From: Halodesulfurarchaeum sp.
GTDB taxonomy: Archaea; Halobacteriota; Halobacteria; Halobacteriales; Halobacteriaceae
Direction: 5' to 3'
Assembly (NCBI GenBank): GCA_042216015.1
Contig: JBDGUI010000013.1
Location: 1 to 64,000, forward strand
Length of the DNA stretch: 64,000 nt
Shown here piece after piece: positions 40,119 through 50,381 of this stretch. The first letter of the stretch is position 1, and every line of letters starts with the position of its first letter. Both the position numbers and the translations under genes were made by a program. Under the pieces are notes generated by a model, which saw only the letters and a program-made list of their open reading frames with translations, ran no database searches and was not told the DNA's origin.

Positions 40119-41117
40119 ATGGCCCTCCACGCAGTCGACGATTTATCGGACGCGTACCGGGCGACCCGGGCGTTCCTGCTCCCGCTCGAGTGGGGGCGCT
40201 GGCTCCGACTGGCGCTGCTCTCCCTGTTCGTCGCGGGGAGCAGCGGCGGCGGCGCCCCGACGGGTGGCTTCCAGGGACCCCTGGGCACGAGCCCCGATCT
40301 CACTCCCGGCGGCGGGACCGAGTTTGGCGGCACGATCGATCAGATCGGGGCGATGCTTTCGAACAACCTCTGGTTCATCCTGGGCGTCATCGGCGTTTTC
40401 TTCCTTCTGGGGTTGGTCCTCCAGTGGGTTTCAGCGACCTTCGAGTTCACCTTTCTCGAATCCCTCCGCACCGACGAGGTCCACGTCAGGGAATTCACGA
40501 GTGAATACACGGGGCTCGGGACGCGTCTCTTCGCCTTCCGGATCCTGTTTGGACTGGCCACGCTTCTGGTGTTCGGTGGACTCGCGCTGCTGGCCATCGG
40601 CCCGCTCCTGATGGGCATTTCACCCGCCGCCCCGCTCCTCTTGCTCGTGTTCCTGATCCCGGTCTCCTTCGTGCTGGGGATCGTTGCCGCGGTCGGCTAC
40701 GTCTTCACCACGGCCTTCGTGGCACCCATCATGCTCCTCGAGGACAGGGGGGTGCTCTCGGCGTGGAAGCGCTTCTGGGGCGTGTTCAAATCGGCGTGGA
40801 CGGACTTCCTCGTCTTCGTGCTCGTGGGACTGTTCCTCATGATCGCGATCGGGATCGTCGTGGGGATCGCGATGGCGGTGATCGGGGTGGGAATCGCCCT
40901 GCCGGTCTTCGTGGCGCTGCTCGCCGGTGGACCGCTTCTGGCCGCCCTCCTTGGAATTCCGGCAGCCGTTCTCGCCATCCTCGCGTGGGCGATGGTGCAG
41001 GTGCCGGTCCAGACGTACCTCCGACACTGGGCGCTCCTCGTGCTGGGTGACATCGAGCCCGAACTCGACCTGATTCCGGACCGTCGAGGGGCGGTGCGAG
41101 GCGAAACGACTTCCTGA
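40119..41117 (+). CDS. Conserved haloarchaeal multi-pass membrane protein
   Basis: [20 protein letters not shown]...WLRLAL; about 7 TM segments; VPVQTYLR. Confidence 0.78.
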   Translation: MALHAVDDLSDAYRATRAFLLPLEWGRWLRLALLSLFVAGSSGGGAPTGGFQGPLGTSPDLTPGGGTEFGGTIDQIGAMLSNNLWFILGVIGVFFLLGLVLQWVSATFEFTFLESLRTDEVHVREFTSEYTGLGTRLFAFRILFGLATLLVFGGLALLAIGPLLMGISPAAPLLLLVFLIPVSFVLGIVAAVGYVFTTAFVAPIMLLEDRGVLSAWKRFWGVFKSAWTDFLVFVLVGLFLMIAIGIVVGIAMAVIGVGIALPVFVALLAGGPLLAALLGIPAAVLAILAWAMVQVPVQTYLRHWALLVLGDIEPELDLIPDRRGAVRGETTS

Positions 41118-41137
41118 GTGGCCGACGTGGTACGCCC

Positions 41138-41731
41138 ATGCGCCGTTTCATCGTCCTCGGGCACACCGCCCCCACCGACCCGGATTTCAGCCTGGACGAC
41201 CTCGCGGGCGGGGCCGGGCGGCTCGACGTCCTCGCGCGGTGTGTCAACTCGGCGTTCTTCCTCTCTCATGGCATTCGCGAGACGGTCCGGGTGTATCTGG
41301 TCCTCTCGGATGCGGTCACGATCCGCCTCGAGGGCGTGGAGCTCCGGTATATGAACCCCGACGAGCGCAACATCGCGGCGCTGCTTCGCCAGGCGCTGGA
41401 GGCCCGCGAGGAAGCCATCGGCCACAGCGAGGTCGAGTCCACCCCGGGGATCTACGTTTCGAATCGCGGCTTCGAGGACGTGCTCAGGGCCGCCGCCCGC
41501 GAGGGAGCGATCGTCCAGCTCCACGAGGACGGCGACCCGCTCTGGGAGGTCGAGCCGCCGGAGAACCCGGCGTTCGTGCTCTCGGACCATCAGGATTTCA
41601 CTTCCGACGAGCAGGCCCTGCTGGAGGAACTCGCCACCCGGCGGGTTCGTGTGGGGCCGGAGGCCCTTCACGCGGATCACGTGATCTCGGTGGTGCACAA
41701 TTATCTGGACACGGGCGGGTATTCCCGCTAA
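41138..41731 (+). CDS. trmY: tRNA (pseudouridine54-N1)-methyltransferase
   Basis: [37 protein letters not shown]. Confidence 0.95.
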   Translation: MRRFIVLGHTAPTDPDFSLDDLAGGAGRLDVLARCVNSAFFLSHGIRETVRVYLVLSDAVTIRLEGVELRYMNPDERNIAALLRQALEAREEAIGHSEVESTPGIYVSNRGFEDVLRAAAREGAIVQLHEDGDPLWEVEPPENPAFVLSDHQDFTSDEQALLEELATRRVRVGPEALHADHVISVVHNYLDTGGYSR

Positions 41732-41781
41732 CCCCAGTGTTTCGAAACGTTAAACCCGCACCATCACGTTGTCTCGCCTGC

Positions 41782-41854
41782 GGGCCGGTGGGGTAGCTTG
41801 GTATCCTTCGGCCTTCGGGTGGCCGTAACCGCGATTCAAATTCGCGCCGGCCCA
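41782..41854 (+). tRNA. tRNA-Pro (CGG)
   Basis: GGGCCGG/CCGGCCC acceptor, CGGCC-TTCGGGT-GGCCG anticodon arm, T arm CGCGA-TTCAAAT-TCGCG. Confidence 0.94.
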
Positions 41855-41942
41855 TTCTCCCACCGTTTTTACCGAGGAGCGGTGCATTTCCACTCATCGT
41901 GCAGGATTTGCCTCATCTCGTCGGTCGTCACTGCTCCGGACC

Positions 41943-41964
41943 ACAATCGTACCACGATTGTTTT
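41943..41964 (+). terminator. Perfect 8-bp hairpin with T tract
   Basis: ACAATCGT-ACC-ACGATTGT followed by TTT, between the convergent tRNA-Pro and PAS gene. Confidence 0.45.
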
Positions 41965-42037
41965 CCCAATCGTCGTTTCGGCGATGAGACTGCCGCCTCA
42001 GTCGGTCGAGGGAGTTCCTTTGCTTGACTCCGACTCT

Positions 42038-42466
42038 TCACAACTCCGATTCGGGCTCCGGGATTTGCCGCGTCGTCCCGATGATCCGGACCGGCTCCCC
42101 GTTCTCGGTGATGACGTCACCCTGCCCCTCGAGCCACACCTCGCCGGACGCCAGCTTGAGCGGGTACTGGACGTGGTAGGAGGTTCCCTCGTCGATGGCC
42201 CGCTCGAACGCCTCGACGACCTCGTCTCGATACTTGGCGGGCACCCGCTCGACGAAGTTCTCGAAGATCGGCTCGAGTTCGCTCGCGTCCACGTCGAAGA
42301 GGGCCTCGAAGGATGGATACCGGTCGACGGTATCCGTCTCGAGGTCCCACTCCCATGCGTAGGTGTTCGTGGCCTTCAGCGCGCTGATGAGCTTGTCCCG
42401 GACCGTCTCCAGCTCCTCGATCTGTGCTTCGAGTGCCGCGATCCGGTCGGTCGATTCCGGTGCCAT
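42038..42466 (-). CDS. Stand-alone PAS/PAC domain protein with N-terminal coiled coil
   Basis: WEWDLETD, FVERV, VWLEGQGDV...PVRIIGTTRQI. Confidence 0.85.
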   Translation of the reverse strand: MAPESTDRIAALEAQIEELETVRDKLISALKATNTYAWEWDLETDTVDRYPSFEALFDVDASELEPIFENFVERVPAKYRDEVVEAFERAIDEGTSYHVQYPLKLASGEVWLEGQGDVITENGEPVRIIGTTRQIPEPESEL

Positions 42467-42616
42467 GTGTGAACGGTATGCACGCCAGCACCATCGAGTT
42501 TTCGTCGGTCACCGGTTCACGCGGCTCGGCGGGTTCGAAACCGACTCCGCAGCCGCGACGGGGCGAGTCCCGCGGGGACACGACACGTTTCAGGCTCCGC
42601 CTTTGTATGCCGGGAC

Positions 42617-44797
42617 ATGACACGGCCCACGGACCGGAACCGTCTGAACGAGGCGGCGAGTCCCTACCTCCAGCAACACGCCGAGAACCCGGTCCACTGG
42701 CAACCGTGGGACGAGACGGCCCTCGCTGCGGCCCGCGAGCTGGACCGGCCGATCTTTCTCAGTGTGGGGTACTCCTCCTGTCTCTGGTGTCACCTCATGG
42801 CCGAGGAATCCTTCGAGGACCCGGCCATCGCCGAGCGCCTGAATCGCGATTTCGTCCCGATCAAGGTCGACCGGGAGGAGCGCCCCGACGTCGACAGCAT
42901 CTACATGACCGTCTGCCGGCTGGTGACCCGTGGTGGCTGTGGCTGGCCGCTCTCGGTGTGGCTCACGCCGGATCGTCACCCATTCTTCGTCGGCACGTAC
43001 TACCCGCCGTCGGAAGCACACGGCCGTCCGGCCTTCGGAGACCTGCTCGATGGCATCGCCGATTCCTGGGAGACGGATCGACGGGAACTCGAGGAGCGGG
43101 GTGAGGCGTGGCTCGCCGCGGCCCGCGACGAATTGGAATCCGTGCCGATCCCGGGGAATTCCGAGCCGGAAACGGCGGCCGATTCGACCGACCTGCTCGC
43201 GGCCGCCGGCGATCAGTTCTGCCAGACTGCCGACCGGACTCACGGGGGATTCGGCACGGGCCAGAAGTTCCCGCACGTCGACCGCCTGCTCGTGCTGGCT
43301 CGTCTCGCCCGGCGAACCGACCGGATGGAGTACGAGTCGGTCCTCTCGGAGTCGCTCTCAGCGATGGCGACCGGCGGCCTCCGCGACCAGCTCGGGGGCG
43401 GCTTCCACCGCTACTGCGTGGATCGGGACTGGACGGTTCCCCACTTCGAGAAGATGCTCTATGACAACGCCCTGATCCCGCGGGCGTTCCTCGCCGGCCA
43501 CGCACTCACCGGAAAGGACTCATTTGCGATGGTCGCCGAGGAGACGTTCGATTTCCTCAAGCGGGAGTTGACCCATCCTGACGGCGGCTTCTACAGCACG
43601 CTCGACGCGAGGAGCCCGCCGAAAGACAAAGACGTCACGGAGGAGGCCGTCGAAGGCGCCTATTACACCTGGACGCCGAGTGCGGTTCGCTCGGCGATGG
43701 AAACCACCGCGGCTGGGGACAGCAGGTTCGATCCCGACTGGCTCGCGACGCTCTTTCGGGAGCGGTTCGGCGTGACCAAGACGGGGAACTTCGAGGACGA
43801 GACGGTTCTTACGCAGTCACGGCCGATCGACGAATTGGCCGCCGAATTCGACCGTCGCCCTGTCGAAATCGAAGCGGCTCTGGAGGCGGCCATCGACCGT
43901 GCCCGCCGTGCTCGCGAGAAACGGCCCCGCCCACCGCGGGACGAGAAGATCCTGGCCGACTGGAACGGCCTGTTGATCGGTTCGCTGGCCACCGGGTCGA
44001 TCGTCCTGGATACGCCGGAGTTCGCCGAGCGAGCGACCGCGGCCCTTGAGTTCGTCCGCGAGCATCACTGGGACGGCACTCGGCTCGCCCATCGGTACCG
44101 GGACGGCGATCGCCTCGAGGTGGACTACCTGGCGGATTACGCGTTCCTCGCCCGCGGCGCCCTCAAACTCCACGGTGTGACGGGTAATCTCGCCCCGCTC
44201 GCATTCGCGCTCGATCTGGGCCGAGCGATGCGAACCCGGTTCTGGGATCCGGAACAGGAGACGCTCTTTTTCACCACGGAGGGGGCGGACGGCCTTCCGA
44301 TTCGTCCGACTGGCGCCCAGGACGAGTCCACGCCGTCGAGTACGGGCGTCGCCGTCGAGGCCCTCGCCGCCCTGCACCACTTCGATCCGGGGGCCGGGTT
44401 CGAATCGATGGCCGACAGCATCCTGCGCTCCCACCGCGAGCAACTGGCCTCGAGCCCGGACCGCTTTGTGACCCTCGCGATGGCCGCCGATACCCTCGAG
44501 CAGGGGCACCTCGAAGTCACGATCGCCGCGGACTCGATCCCGTCAGACTGGCGAACCGCACTCGGGAACGTCGCCCAGCCGAACCTGTTGCTCACCAGAC
44601 GACCCCCCGACGAACGGACGCTCGGCCGGTGGCTCGATGTGCTCGCGCTCGAGTCGGTCCCGCCAATCTGGGAGGGCCGGGCCGCGCGTGGCGAGCCAAC
44701 GGCCTTCGTTTGCCGTCGGAGCTGTTCGCCCCCGGTGACGGACCTCGCCGACCTCCAGGATTGGCTCGCGGAGTTCGCCGTGGACGGGGTCCGTTGA
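42617..44797 (+). CDS. YyaL/SSP411 thioredoxin-domain protein
   Basis: NRLNEAASPYLQQHAENPVHW, IKVDREERPDVD, VPHFEKMLYDNA, DEKILADWNG. Confidence 0.93.
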   Translation: MTRPTDRNRLNEAASPYLQQHAENPVHWQPWDETALAAARELDRPIFLSVGYSSCLWCHLMAEESFEDPAIAERLNRDFVPIKVDREERPDVDSIYMTVCRLVTRGGCGWPLSVWLTPDRHPFFVGTYYPPSEAHGRPAFGDLLDGIADSWETDRRELEERGEAWLAAARDELESVPIPGNSEPETAADSTDLLAAAGDQFCQTADRTHGGFGTGQKFPHVDRLLVLARLARRTDRMEYESVLSESLSAMATGGLRDQLGGGFHRYCVDRDWTVPHFEKMLYDNALIPRAFLAGHALTGKDSFAMVAEETFDFLKRELTHPDGGFYSTLDARSPPKDKDVTEEAVEGAYYTWTPSAVRSAMETTAAGDSRFDPDWLATLFRERFGVTKTGNFEDETVLTQSRPIDELAAEFDRRPVEIEAALEAAIDRARRAREKRPRPPRDEKILADWNGLLIGSLATGSIVLDTPEFAERATAALEFVREHHWDGTRLAHRYRDGDRLEVDYLADYAFLARGALKLHGVTGNLAPLAFALDLGRAMRTRFWDPEQETLFFTTEGADGLPIRPTGAQDESTPSSTGVAVEALAALHHFDPGAGFESMADSILRSHREQLASSPDRFVTLAMAADTLEQGHLEVTIAADSIPSDWRTALGNVAQPNLLLTRRPPDERTLGRWLDVLALESVPPIWEGRAARGEPTAFVCRRSCSPPVTDLADLQDWLAEFAVDGVR

Positions 44798-44871
44798 GGC
44801 CCCGTTCCAATCGAACCGAATGGTTGGCGCACACGACGACGTTAAACTGCCCGACCCCAAACAAACGCGCA

Positions 44872-45987
44872 ATGCCGCCGGAGACCTCCGAGGAGTTGCC
44901 CTCGCCCGAGGCCCTCCAGTCGGTCTTCCGGGTCTACGAGGTGACGCAGGACGGCGAGGGCGTCCACTACTACGGCGATCCCCTCGTGAACCAGCAACAA
45001 CTCCTCGAGGCCGTCTGGCCGCAGTTCCGCGAGGCCGGCTATGAGGTGTCCCTAAGGCGTCGGCTGGGCGAGTTCGTGCTCGTGGCCAAGCCCCGCGAGA
45101 CCGGCGAGGACGGCATTCCGTGGACGAACATCGGGTTGGCCCTCTTGACCGTCCTCTCGACGCTCTACGTGGGGACGAGGTGGTACTACGTTCAGGACCC
45201 CCTCTCGCTGGAACTGCTCGATGCCGTGCCGTTCACGCTCGCCGTGATGGGAGTCCTCGGCACCCACGAACTCGGCCACTACGTCATGAGCCGCCATCAC
45301 GACGTCCCGGCGTCGCTTCCCTATTTCATCCCGTTCCCCTCGGTCATCGGGACGATGGGGGCGGTGATCCGCATCCGCGGCCGGATCCCGGACCGCCGGG
45401 CGCTCTTCGACATCGGCGTGGCCGGACCGCTCGCCGGGCTCGTCGCGACGGTGATCGTCACCGCGATCGGACTCTCGCTCCCGCCGGTGTCGGTCCCGGA
45501 CTGGATCTTCGCCGCCGGATCGACGGTGGAGATACAGTTCAACTACCCGCCGCTTTTGACGGGCATCGCCTATCTGCTCGGCGAACCGCTCTCCTATGCC
45601 GACCCGCGGCTCGTCGTGAATCCGGTCGTGATCGGCGGCTGGGTCGGGATGTTCATCACGTTCCTGAACCTGATCCCGGTCGGCCAACTCGACGGCGGCC
45701 ACATCCTCCGGGCGATCGTCGGACCCGCCCAGGAGCGGGTTGCGCCGCTGATTCCGATCGCCCTGTTCTCCCTCGCCGCGGGGCTCTATCTGTTCACGGA
45801 CGCGGGCCAGATGGTCGGGGTCTGGGTCCTCTGGGGGTTCATGGCGATGATCGCGACCTACATCGGGAGCGCGGCGCCGATCGCGGAGGAGCGACTCGAT
45901 CCCCGGCGGAAGGCACTCGGCGTCCTGACCTTTCTGCTCGGGTTGCTCTGTTTCACGCCGATCCCGATCGAAATCATCGGCCTGTAG
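44872..45987 (+). CDS. Site-2 (M50) membrane metalloprotease
   Basis: HELGHY, GTMGAVI, NLIPVGQLDGGH; GTTAAA upstream. Confidence 0.92.
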   Translation: MPPETSEELPSPEALQSVFRVYEVTQDGEGVHYYGDPLVNQQQLLEAVWPQFREAGYEVSLRRRLGEFVLVAKPRETGEDGIPWTNIGLALLTVLSTLYVGTRWYYVQDPLSLELLDAVPFTLAVMGVLGTHELGHYVMSRHHDVPASLPYFIPFPSVIGTMGAVIRIRGRIPDRRALFDIGVAGPLAGLVATVIVTAIGLSLPPVSVPDWIFAAGSTVEIQFNYPPLLTGIAYLLGEPLSYADPRLVVNPVVIGGWVGMFITFLNLIPVGQLDGGHILRAIVGPAQERVAPLIPIALFSLAAGLYLFTDAGQMVGVWVLWGFMAMIATYIGSAAPIAEERLDPRRKALGVLTFLLGLLCFTPIPIEIIGL

Positions 45988-45991
45988 TCGA

Positions 45992-46876
45992 TCAGGTCCT
46001 CCCGTGGGTGTAGCCCTCATTCGCGAGTGGCTCCCCGTCCAGTTCGATCCCCGCCTCCGCCGGTTCGACCGTCCCGAGCACGGAGAGCGGGACCGACAGC
46101 CGCTCTCGAACCGTCTCGACCCGCTCCTCGGGGAGCGTACAGACGAGTTCGAAATCGCCGCCGTGGGTGATGGCCGCCTCGAGCGGATCCGTTCCAACCC
46201 CGAGGTAGGTGTCGAGGTCCTCGGCGATCGGAATCGCCGACCCGTCGATGGCAACCCCGACCCCACTCGCGGCAGCGAGTTGGTGAAGCGAGCGTGCCAG
46301 GCCGTCGCTCGAATCGATCATCGCGGTGGCGTCCGGGCCGAGTGCTCGACCGGCGGCGACCCGGGGCGTGAACTGGAACAGGTCGTTTCCTCCGTCGATC
46401 GCTCCCGCCTCGAAGGCCCGAATCCCCGCGGCAGCGCGTCCGAGGGTCCCGGTGACACAGACGACCTCGCCCGGACTGGCCCCGTCGCGGGTGACCGGAT
46501 CCGTCGCTCGACCGATCGCCGCCGTCGCGACCGTGAACTCCCGATGGGTGTCCAGGTCGCCGCCGACGTAGCTCGCACCGACGGCCTCCGAGACGGCGCT
46601 GGCACCCTCGAGGAACGGCTCGAGGTCCTTCGCGTCGAATTCCGGGACTCCGACGGCCGCGACGGTCGCGGTCGCCTCCGCCCCCATCGCGGCGACGTCG
46701 GAGAGCGAGACGCCGATGGACCGCCAGCCGGCGGTGTATCGGCTCGTTCCCGGGGGGAAATCCGTCGTCTCGTGGAGCATGTCGATGGTGAGGACCGTCT
46801 CGTCGAGGATGGCCGCGTCGTCACCCTCACCGGCGATGAAATCCGTGACCAGTGAGAGCGCCCCGTGCTCGTCCAT
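45992..46876 (-). CDS. thiL: Thiamine-phosphate kinase
   Basis: GDDAA, SLSDVAAMGA, VGGD, IDSSDGL, GGDFEL. Confidence 0.94.
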   Translation of the reverse strand: MDEHGALSLVTDFIAGEGDDAAILDETVLTIDMLHETTDFPPGTSRYTAGWRSIGVSLSDVAAMGAEATATVAAVGVPEFDAKDLEPFLEGASAVSEAVGASYVGGDLDTHREFTVATAAIGRATDPVTRDGASPGEVVCVTGTLGRAAAGIRAFEAGAIDGGNDLFQFTPRVAAGRALGPDATAMIDSSDGLARSLHQLAAASGVGVAIDGSAIPIAEDLDTYLGVGTDPLEAAITHGGDFELVCTLPEERVETVRERLSVPLSVLGTVEPAEAGIELDGEPLANEGYTHGRT

Positions 46877-46982
46877 GTCACTCACTTGCCCGGCGGGAAA
46901 AAAAGCCGTCCGGTCCGGGGGACAGAACCGCCGTCGAACGCCTAACGAATGGTTTAAACGGCGGCATCGAGAATCCGCGGGC

Positions 46983-47438
46983 ATGGCAACTCTCTACGAC
47001 GCCCCTGCGGACGAGCTCATCGCGGCGCTCGCCGAGGAGCTCGCCGAGCGACTCGAGGAGCCCGACTGGGCCACGTACACGAAGACCGGCGCGAGCCGGG
47101 AACTCCCCCCCGAACAGGAGGACTTCTGGGCCACCCGCACCGCGAGTGTCCTTCGAAAAGTGGCGATGAACGCCCCGATCGGCGTGGAGCGCCTCTCGAC
47201 GGCCTACGGTGGCACGAAGGACGGCTCGAACCGCTACGAGGTCGCGCCGAGCAAGCGCAGCGACGGCTCACAGAAGATCCTCCGCGAGATTCTCCAGGAC
47301 CTCGAGGAGGAGGGCCTGATCATGACTCGCGACGGTGAAGGCCGGGACATCACGCCCGAGGGCCAACAGCTCCTCGACGAGACCGCCGGCGAGGTCATCG
47401 AGGCGCTCGACGATCCGGCTCTCGAGCGCTACGCCTAA
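46983..47438 (+). CDS. rps19e: 30S ribosomal protein eS19
   Basis: KTGASRELPPEQEDFWATRTASVLRK, ILQDLEEEG; TTTAAA at 46953-46958. Confidence 0.96.
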   Translation: MATLYDAPADELIAALAEELAERLEEPDWATYTKTGASRELPPEQEDFWATRTASVLRKVAMNAPIGVERLSTAYGGTKDGSNRYEVAPSKRSDGSQKILREILQDLEEEGLIMTRDGEGRDITPEGQQLLDETAGEVIEALDDPALERYA

Positions 47439-47524
47439 TTTTCGACTGCCGCTTTTTCGACCGCTGGGTTCGGTTTCATCGCACCAGCCGAAGGTTTATC
47501 AGCAAAAACCGGGCCAGTCCGGTT

Positions 47525-47640
47525 CATGCCCTAACCCGACGCCCGGATCGGTTCGCGGGAGTGCGACGACCCGATTCGGCACGATTCAGTCGCCTGTTCG
47601 CCCCGTCTCGTCCCGTTCGCCGACCGAACCCGATCAGGTG
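47525..47640 (+). ncRNA. Candidate structured small RNA, copy 1 of a two-copy element
   Basis: TTTATC 26-31 nt before ATGCCCTAA; core 33/37 identical to 60966-60930 (-); stem 47546-47555 pairs with 47625-47635. Confidence 0.5.
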
Positions 47641-48914
47641 CCCTGCTGCCAGCTGTCCATGTACTCCTGCTGGGTCGGAGTGAGCTCGTCGATCGCGATG
47701 TCCTCGGCCTCGAGCTTGATCTCTGCGACCTCCCGGTCGAGTTCGTCGGGGACCTCGTGGACACCGGCAGCGTAGTCCTCGCCGTTCGTGACGAGTTCGC
47801 GGACACAGACGGCCTGGATGCCGAAGCTCTGGTCCATGACCTCGACGGGATGGCCGAGCGAGACCGGGCTCGCCAGGTTCACCAGCCGTCCCTCGGCGAG
47901 TACGTTGATCCGGCGTCCGTCCCGCAGTTCGTACTCCCGGATGCCGTCACGGACTTCGGACTCCGCCACGGCGAGTTCGGACAGACCCTCGAGGTCGATC
48001 TCGACGTCGAAGTGGCCGGCGTTTGCCAGCACCACGCCGTCTTGCATCCGCTCGACGTGCTCGGGTGTGATTATGTCCCGGTTGCCGGTGGTGGTGATGA
48101 AGACGTCACCCTTTTCGGCAGCGTCGGCCATCGGCAGGACCTCGTAGCCCTCCATGTGGGCCTCGAGGGCTCTGCGGGGATCGATCTCGGTGACGACGAC
48201 CGAGGCGTTCTGGCCCGAGGCCTTCCGGGCGACGCCGCGACCACACTGGCCGAAGCCCGCGACCACGACGGTCTTTCCGGCCCAGGAGAGGTTCGTCGTC
48301 ATCGCGATGCTCGAGAGGGAAGCCTCCCCCGTGCCGTGGACGTTGTCGAAGAGCCGCTTCATCGGCGTGTCGTTCACGGCGAAGACCGGATACTCGAGCG
48401 CGCCGTCTTCGTCCATCGAGCGGAGCCGGTGGACGCCGGTGGTCGTCTCCTCCGAGCCGCCGACGATCGAGTCGATCAGCTCCGGGTGTTTCTCGTGGAT
48501 GCGGAAGACCAGATCCCCGCCGTCGTCGACGGTGATGTCCGGCTCGTGGCCGATCACGGCCTCGATGGCGTCGTAGTAGCCCGTTTCGTCGACGCCCCGC
48601 TCGGCGTAGGAGGTGATTGCATCGTTCGCGTCGAGGGCCGCGCTCACGTCGTCGTGAGTCGAGAGCGGGTTGCAGCCAGTGATGGCGATCTCCGCCCCGC
48701 CGGCGGCGAGCGTTTCGACGAGCGCCGCGGTCTTGGCCTCGACGTGGAGGGCCATCCCGATGGTGTAGCCTGCAAAGGGTTGTTCGGCCTCGAAATCGGC
48801 TCGGAGGGACTGGACGATCGGCATGTGCTCGAACGCCCAGTCGATCTTCTTTCGGCCGTCGGCGACGGCCCCATCGACGTCGGAGAGTCGGTCACTGATC
48901 GGAGAAGCGGTCAT
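47634..48914 (-). CDS. ahcY: Adenosylhomocysteinase
   Basis: [49 protein letters not shown]. Confidence 0.97.
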   Translation of the reverse strand: MTASPISDRLSDVDGAVADGRKKIDWAFEHMPIVQSLRADFEAEQPFAGYTIGMALHVEAKTAALVETLAAGGAEIAITGCNPLSTHDDVSAALDANDAITSYAERGVDETGYYDAIEAVIGHEPDITVDDGGDLVFRIHEKHPELIDSIVGGSEETTTGVHRLRSMDEDGALEYPVFAVNDTPMKRLFDNVHGTGEASLSSIAMTTNLSWAGKTVVVAGFGQCGRGVARKASGQNASVVVTEIDPRRALEAHMEGYEVLPMADAAEKGDVFITTTGNRDIITPEHVERMQDGVVLANAGHFDVEIDLEGLSELAVAESEVRDGIREYELRDGRRINVLAEGRLVNLASPVSLGHPVEVMDQSFGIQAVCVRELVTNGEDYAAGVHEVPDELDREVAEIKLEAEDIAIDELTPTQQEYMDSWQQGT

Positions 48915-48958
48915 GCCCGAACGGAGGGCCAGCGAGCTTTAATGGGTATCGGAGACGG

Positions 48959-50245
48959 TCAGGCGCGATCGGCCAGGTCGGCGGCCCGCGATCTGGCCGC
49001 CGCTCGGACGGCTTGCTCCTCGAGAACCCGCACCTTGCGGTCCGCCATGAGGACCGCTCCGTCCACCATCGTGTGGCGGACGTCCTCCCCGTGGGCGGCA
49101 TACACGAGGTGAGAGACGTGCTCGTGGACCGGCGTCATGCGCGCCGCGCCGAAGTCGACAACGATCAGATCCGCGGCCGCACCAGGCTCGATGCGACCCC
49201 CGGGGAGCCCCAGCGCCCGGGAACCCCCCTCGGTCGCCATGCGGACGACGGCCTCGGCCGGCACGGCGCTGGCCTCGTCCGCTGCCAGCTTGCCCAAAAG
49301 CGCCGCATCGCGCATCTCCCCGACCATGTCGAGGTCATTGTTCGAGGCGGCCCCATCGGTTCCAAGCGCCAGCGGGACCCCCCGATCGAGCAATCGCTCG
49401 ATTGGCGCCATGCCCGAGGCCAGCTTCATGTTCGAGGCCGGGCAGTGGACGACACTCGGCCCCTGATCGGCCAGAATGTCCACCTCCGTCCCGTCGACGT
49501 GGACGCCGTGTGCGAGGAAATCCTGGGCCTCGAGCAGGCCAAGCTCGACGGCGTATTCGAGCGGTCGCACACCCTCGCTCTCGACGATCGGTTCGACCTC
49601 GTCGGGTGTCTCGTTTGCATGGATGTGGAGCGGCACGTCGAGGTCCCGGGCGGCCGCGACCGTGTCGCGGAGGGCGTCCTCGCTGACGGTCGTGAGCGAG
49701 TGCGGGGAGAGCGCCGGCCGGATTCGGTCGTTCTCGCACTCGACCGTTCGGCGAGCGAAGTCGATCCCCTCCTGGACATCGGCTTCGGCTCCCTCCTCGT
49801 CCTTCCCGACGGTGACGATGCCGTGGGAGAGTCGAGCCCGGAGCCCGGCCCGCTCGACGCTCGCGAGGACCTCGTCCATGTGGAAGTACATGTCCGCGAA
49901 GGCGGTCGTCCCCGAGCGGATCATCTCGAGCAGCGCGAGGTCGGTGCCCGCCCGGACGTCCGCCGGTTCGAGGGCGGCCTCGGCCGGCCAGATGTCCTCT
50001 CGAAGCCACGCGTCGAGGGGCCTGTCGTCGGCGTAGCCGCGAAGGAGCGTCATCGCGGCGTGGGTGTGAGCGTTGACCAGCCCGGGCATGACGAGCCCGC
50101 CGGCCGCCGAGAGGGTCCGGTCTCCGGCGAGGTCCTGGCCGACGGCTCGAATCTCGCCGTCGTCCTCGTCAACGAGGACGTCCGCCCGCGAGACCGAGGC
50201 GTCGGGGTGGAGCACGTGCCCGTCGGTCACACTGATGGTCGACAT
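48959..50245 (-). CDS. mtaD: 5'-deoxyadenosine/MTA/SAH deaminase-type amidohydrolase
   Basis: [36 protein letters not shown]; co-oriented with ahcY. Confidence 0.85.
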   Translation of the reverse strand: MSTISVTDGHVLHPDASVSRADVLVDEDDGEIRAVGQDLAGDRTLSAAGGLVMPGLVNAHTHAAMTLLRGYADDRPLDAWLREDIWPAEAALEPADVRAGTDLALLEMIRSGTTAFADMYFHMDEVLASVERAGLRARLSHGIVTVGKDEEGAEADVQEGIDFARRTVECENDRIRPALSPHSLTTVSEDALRDTVAAARDLDVPLHIHANETPDEVEPIVESEGVRPLEYAVELGLLEAQDFLAHGVHVDGTEVDILADQGPSVVHCPASNMKLASGMAPIERLLDRGVPLALGTDGAASNNDLDMVGEMRDAALLGKLAADEASAVPAEAVVRMATEGGSRALGLPGGRIEPGAAADLIVVDFGAARMTPVHEHVSHLVYAAHGEDVRHTMVDGAVLMADRKVRVLEEQAVRAAARSRAADLADRA

Positions 50246-50381
50246 GGCCGCGGGTTCGGGATGGGCGGCCCTGAATCTGCCGCTTGGTTGCCCCCTCGAT
50301 GCCGACCGGCCCGATGGGGGACCGCATCGTCGTGGCTCGCGATGGAAACGCAAATACGCGAGCCCCCGCTACGTGGCGCCA

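Noticed and set aside
42520..42557. tRNA-like fragment (CGCGGCT/AGCCGCG stem around GGTTCGAAACC)
   Set aside because: No D or anticodon arm and no match to the neighbouring tRNA; likely an ordinary GC hairpin.
42770..42950. Variant CLWC and GGCGWP motifs in the YyaL protein as a new function
   Set aside because: Single-residue deviations in an otherwise typical family member; not enough evidence without an alignment.
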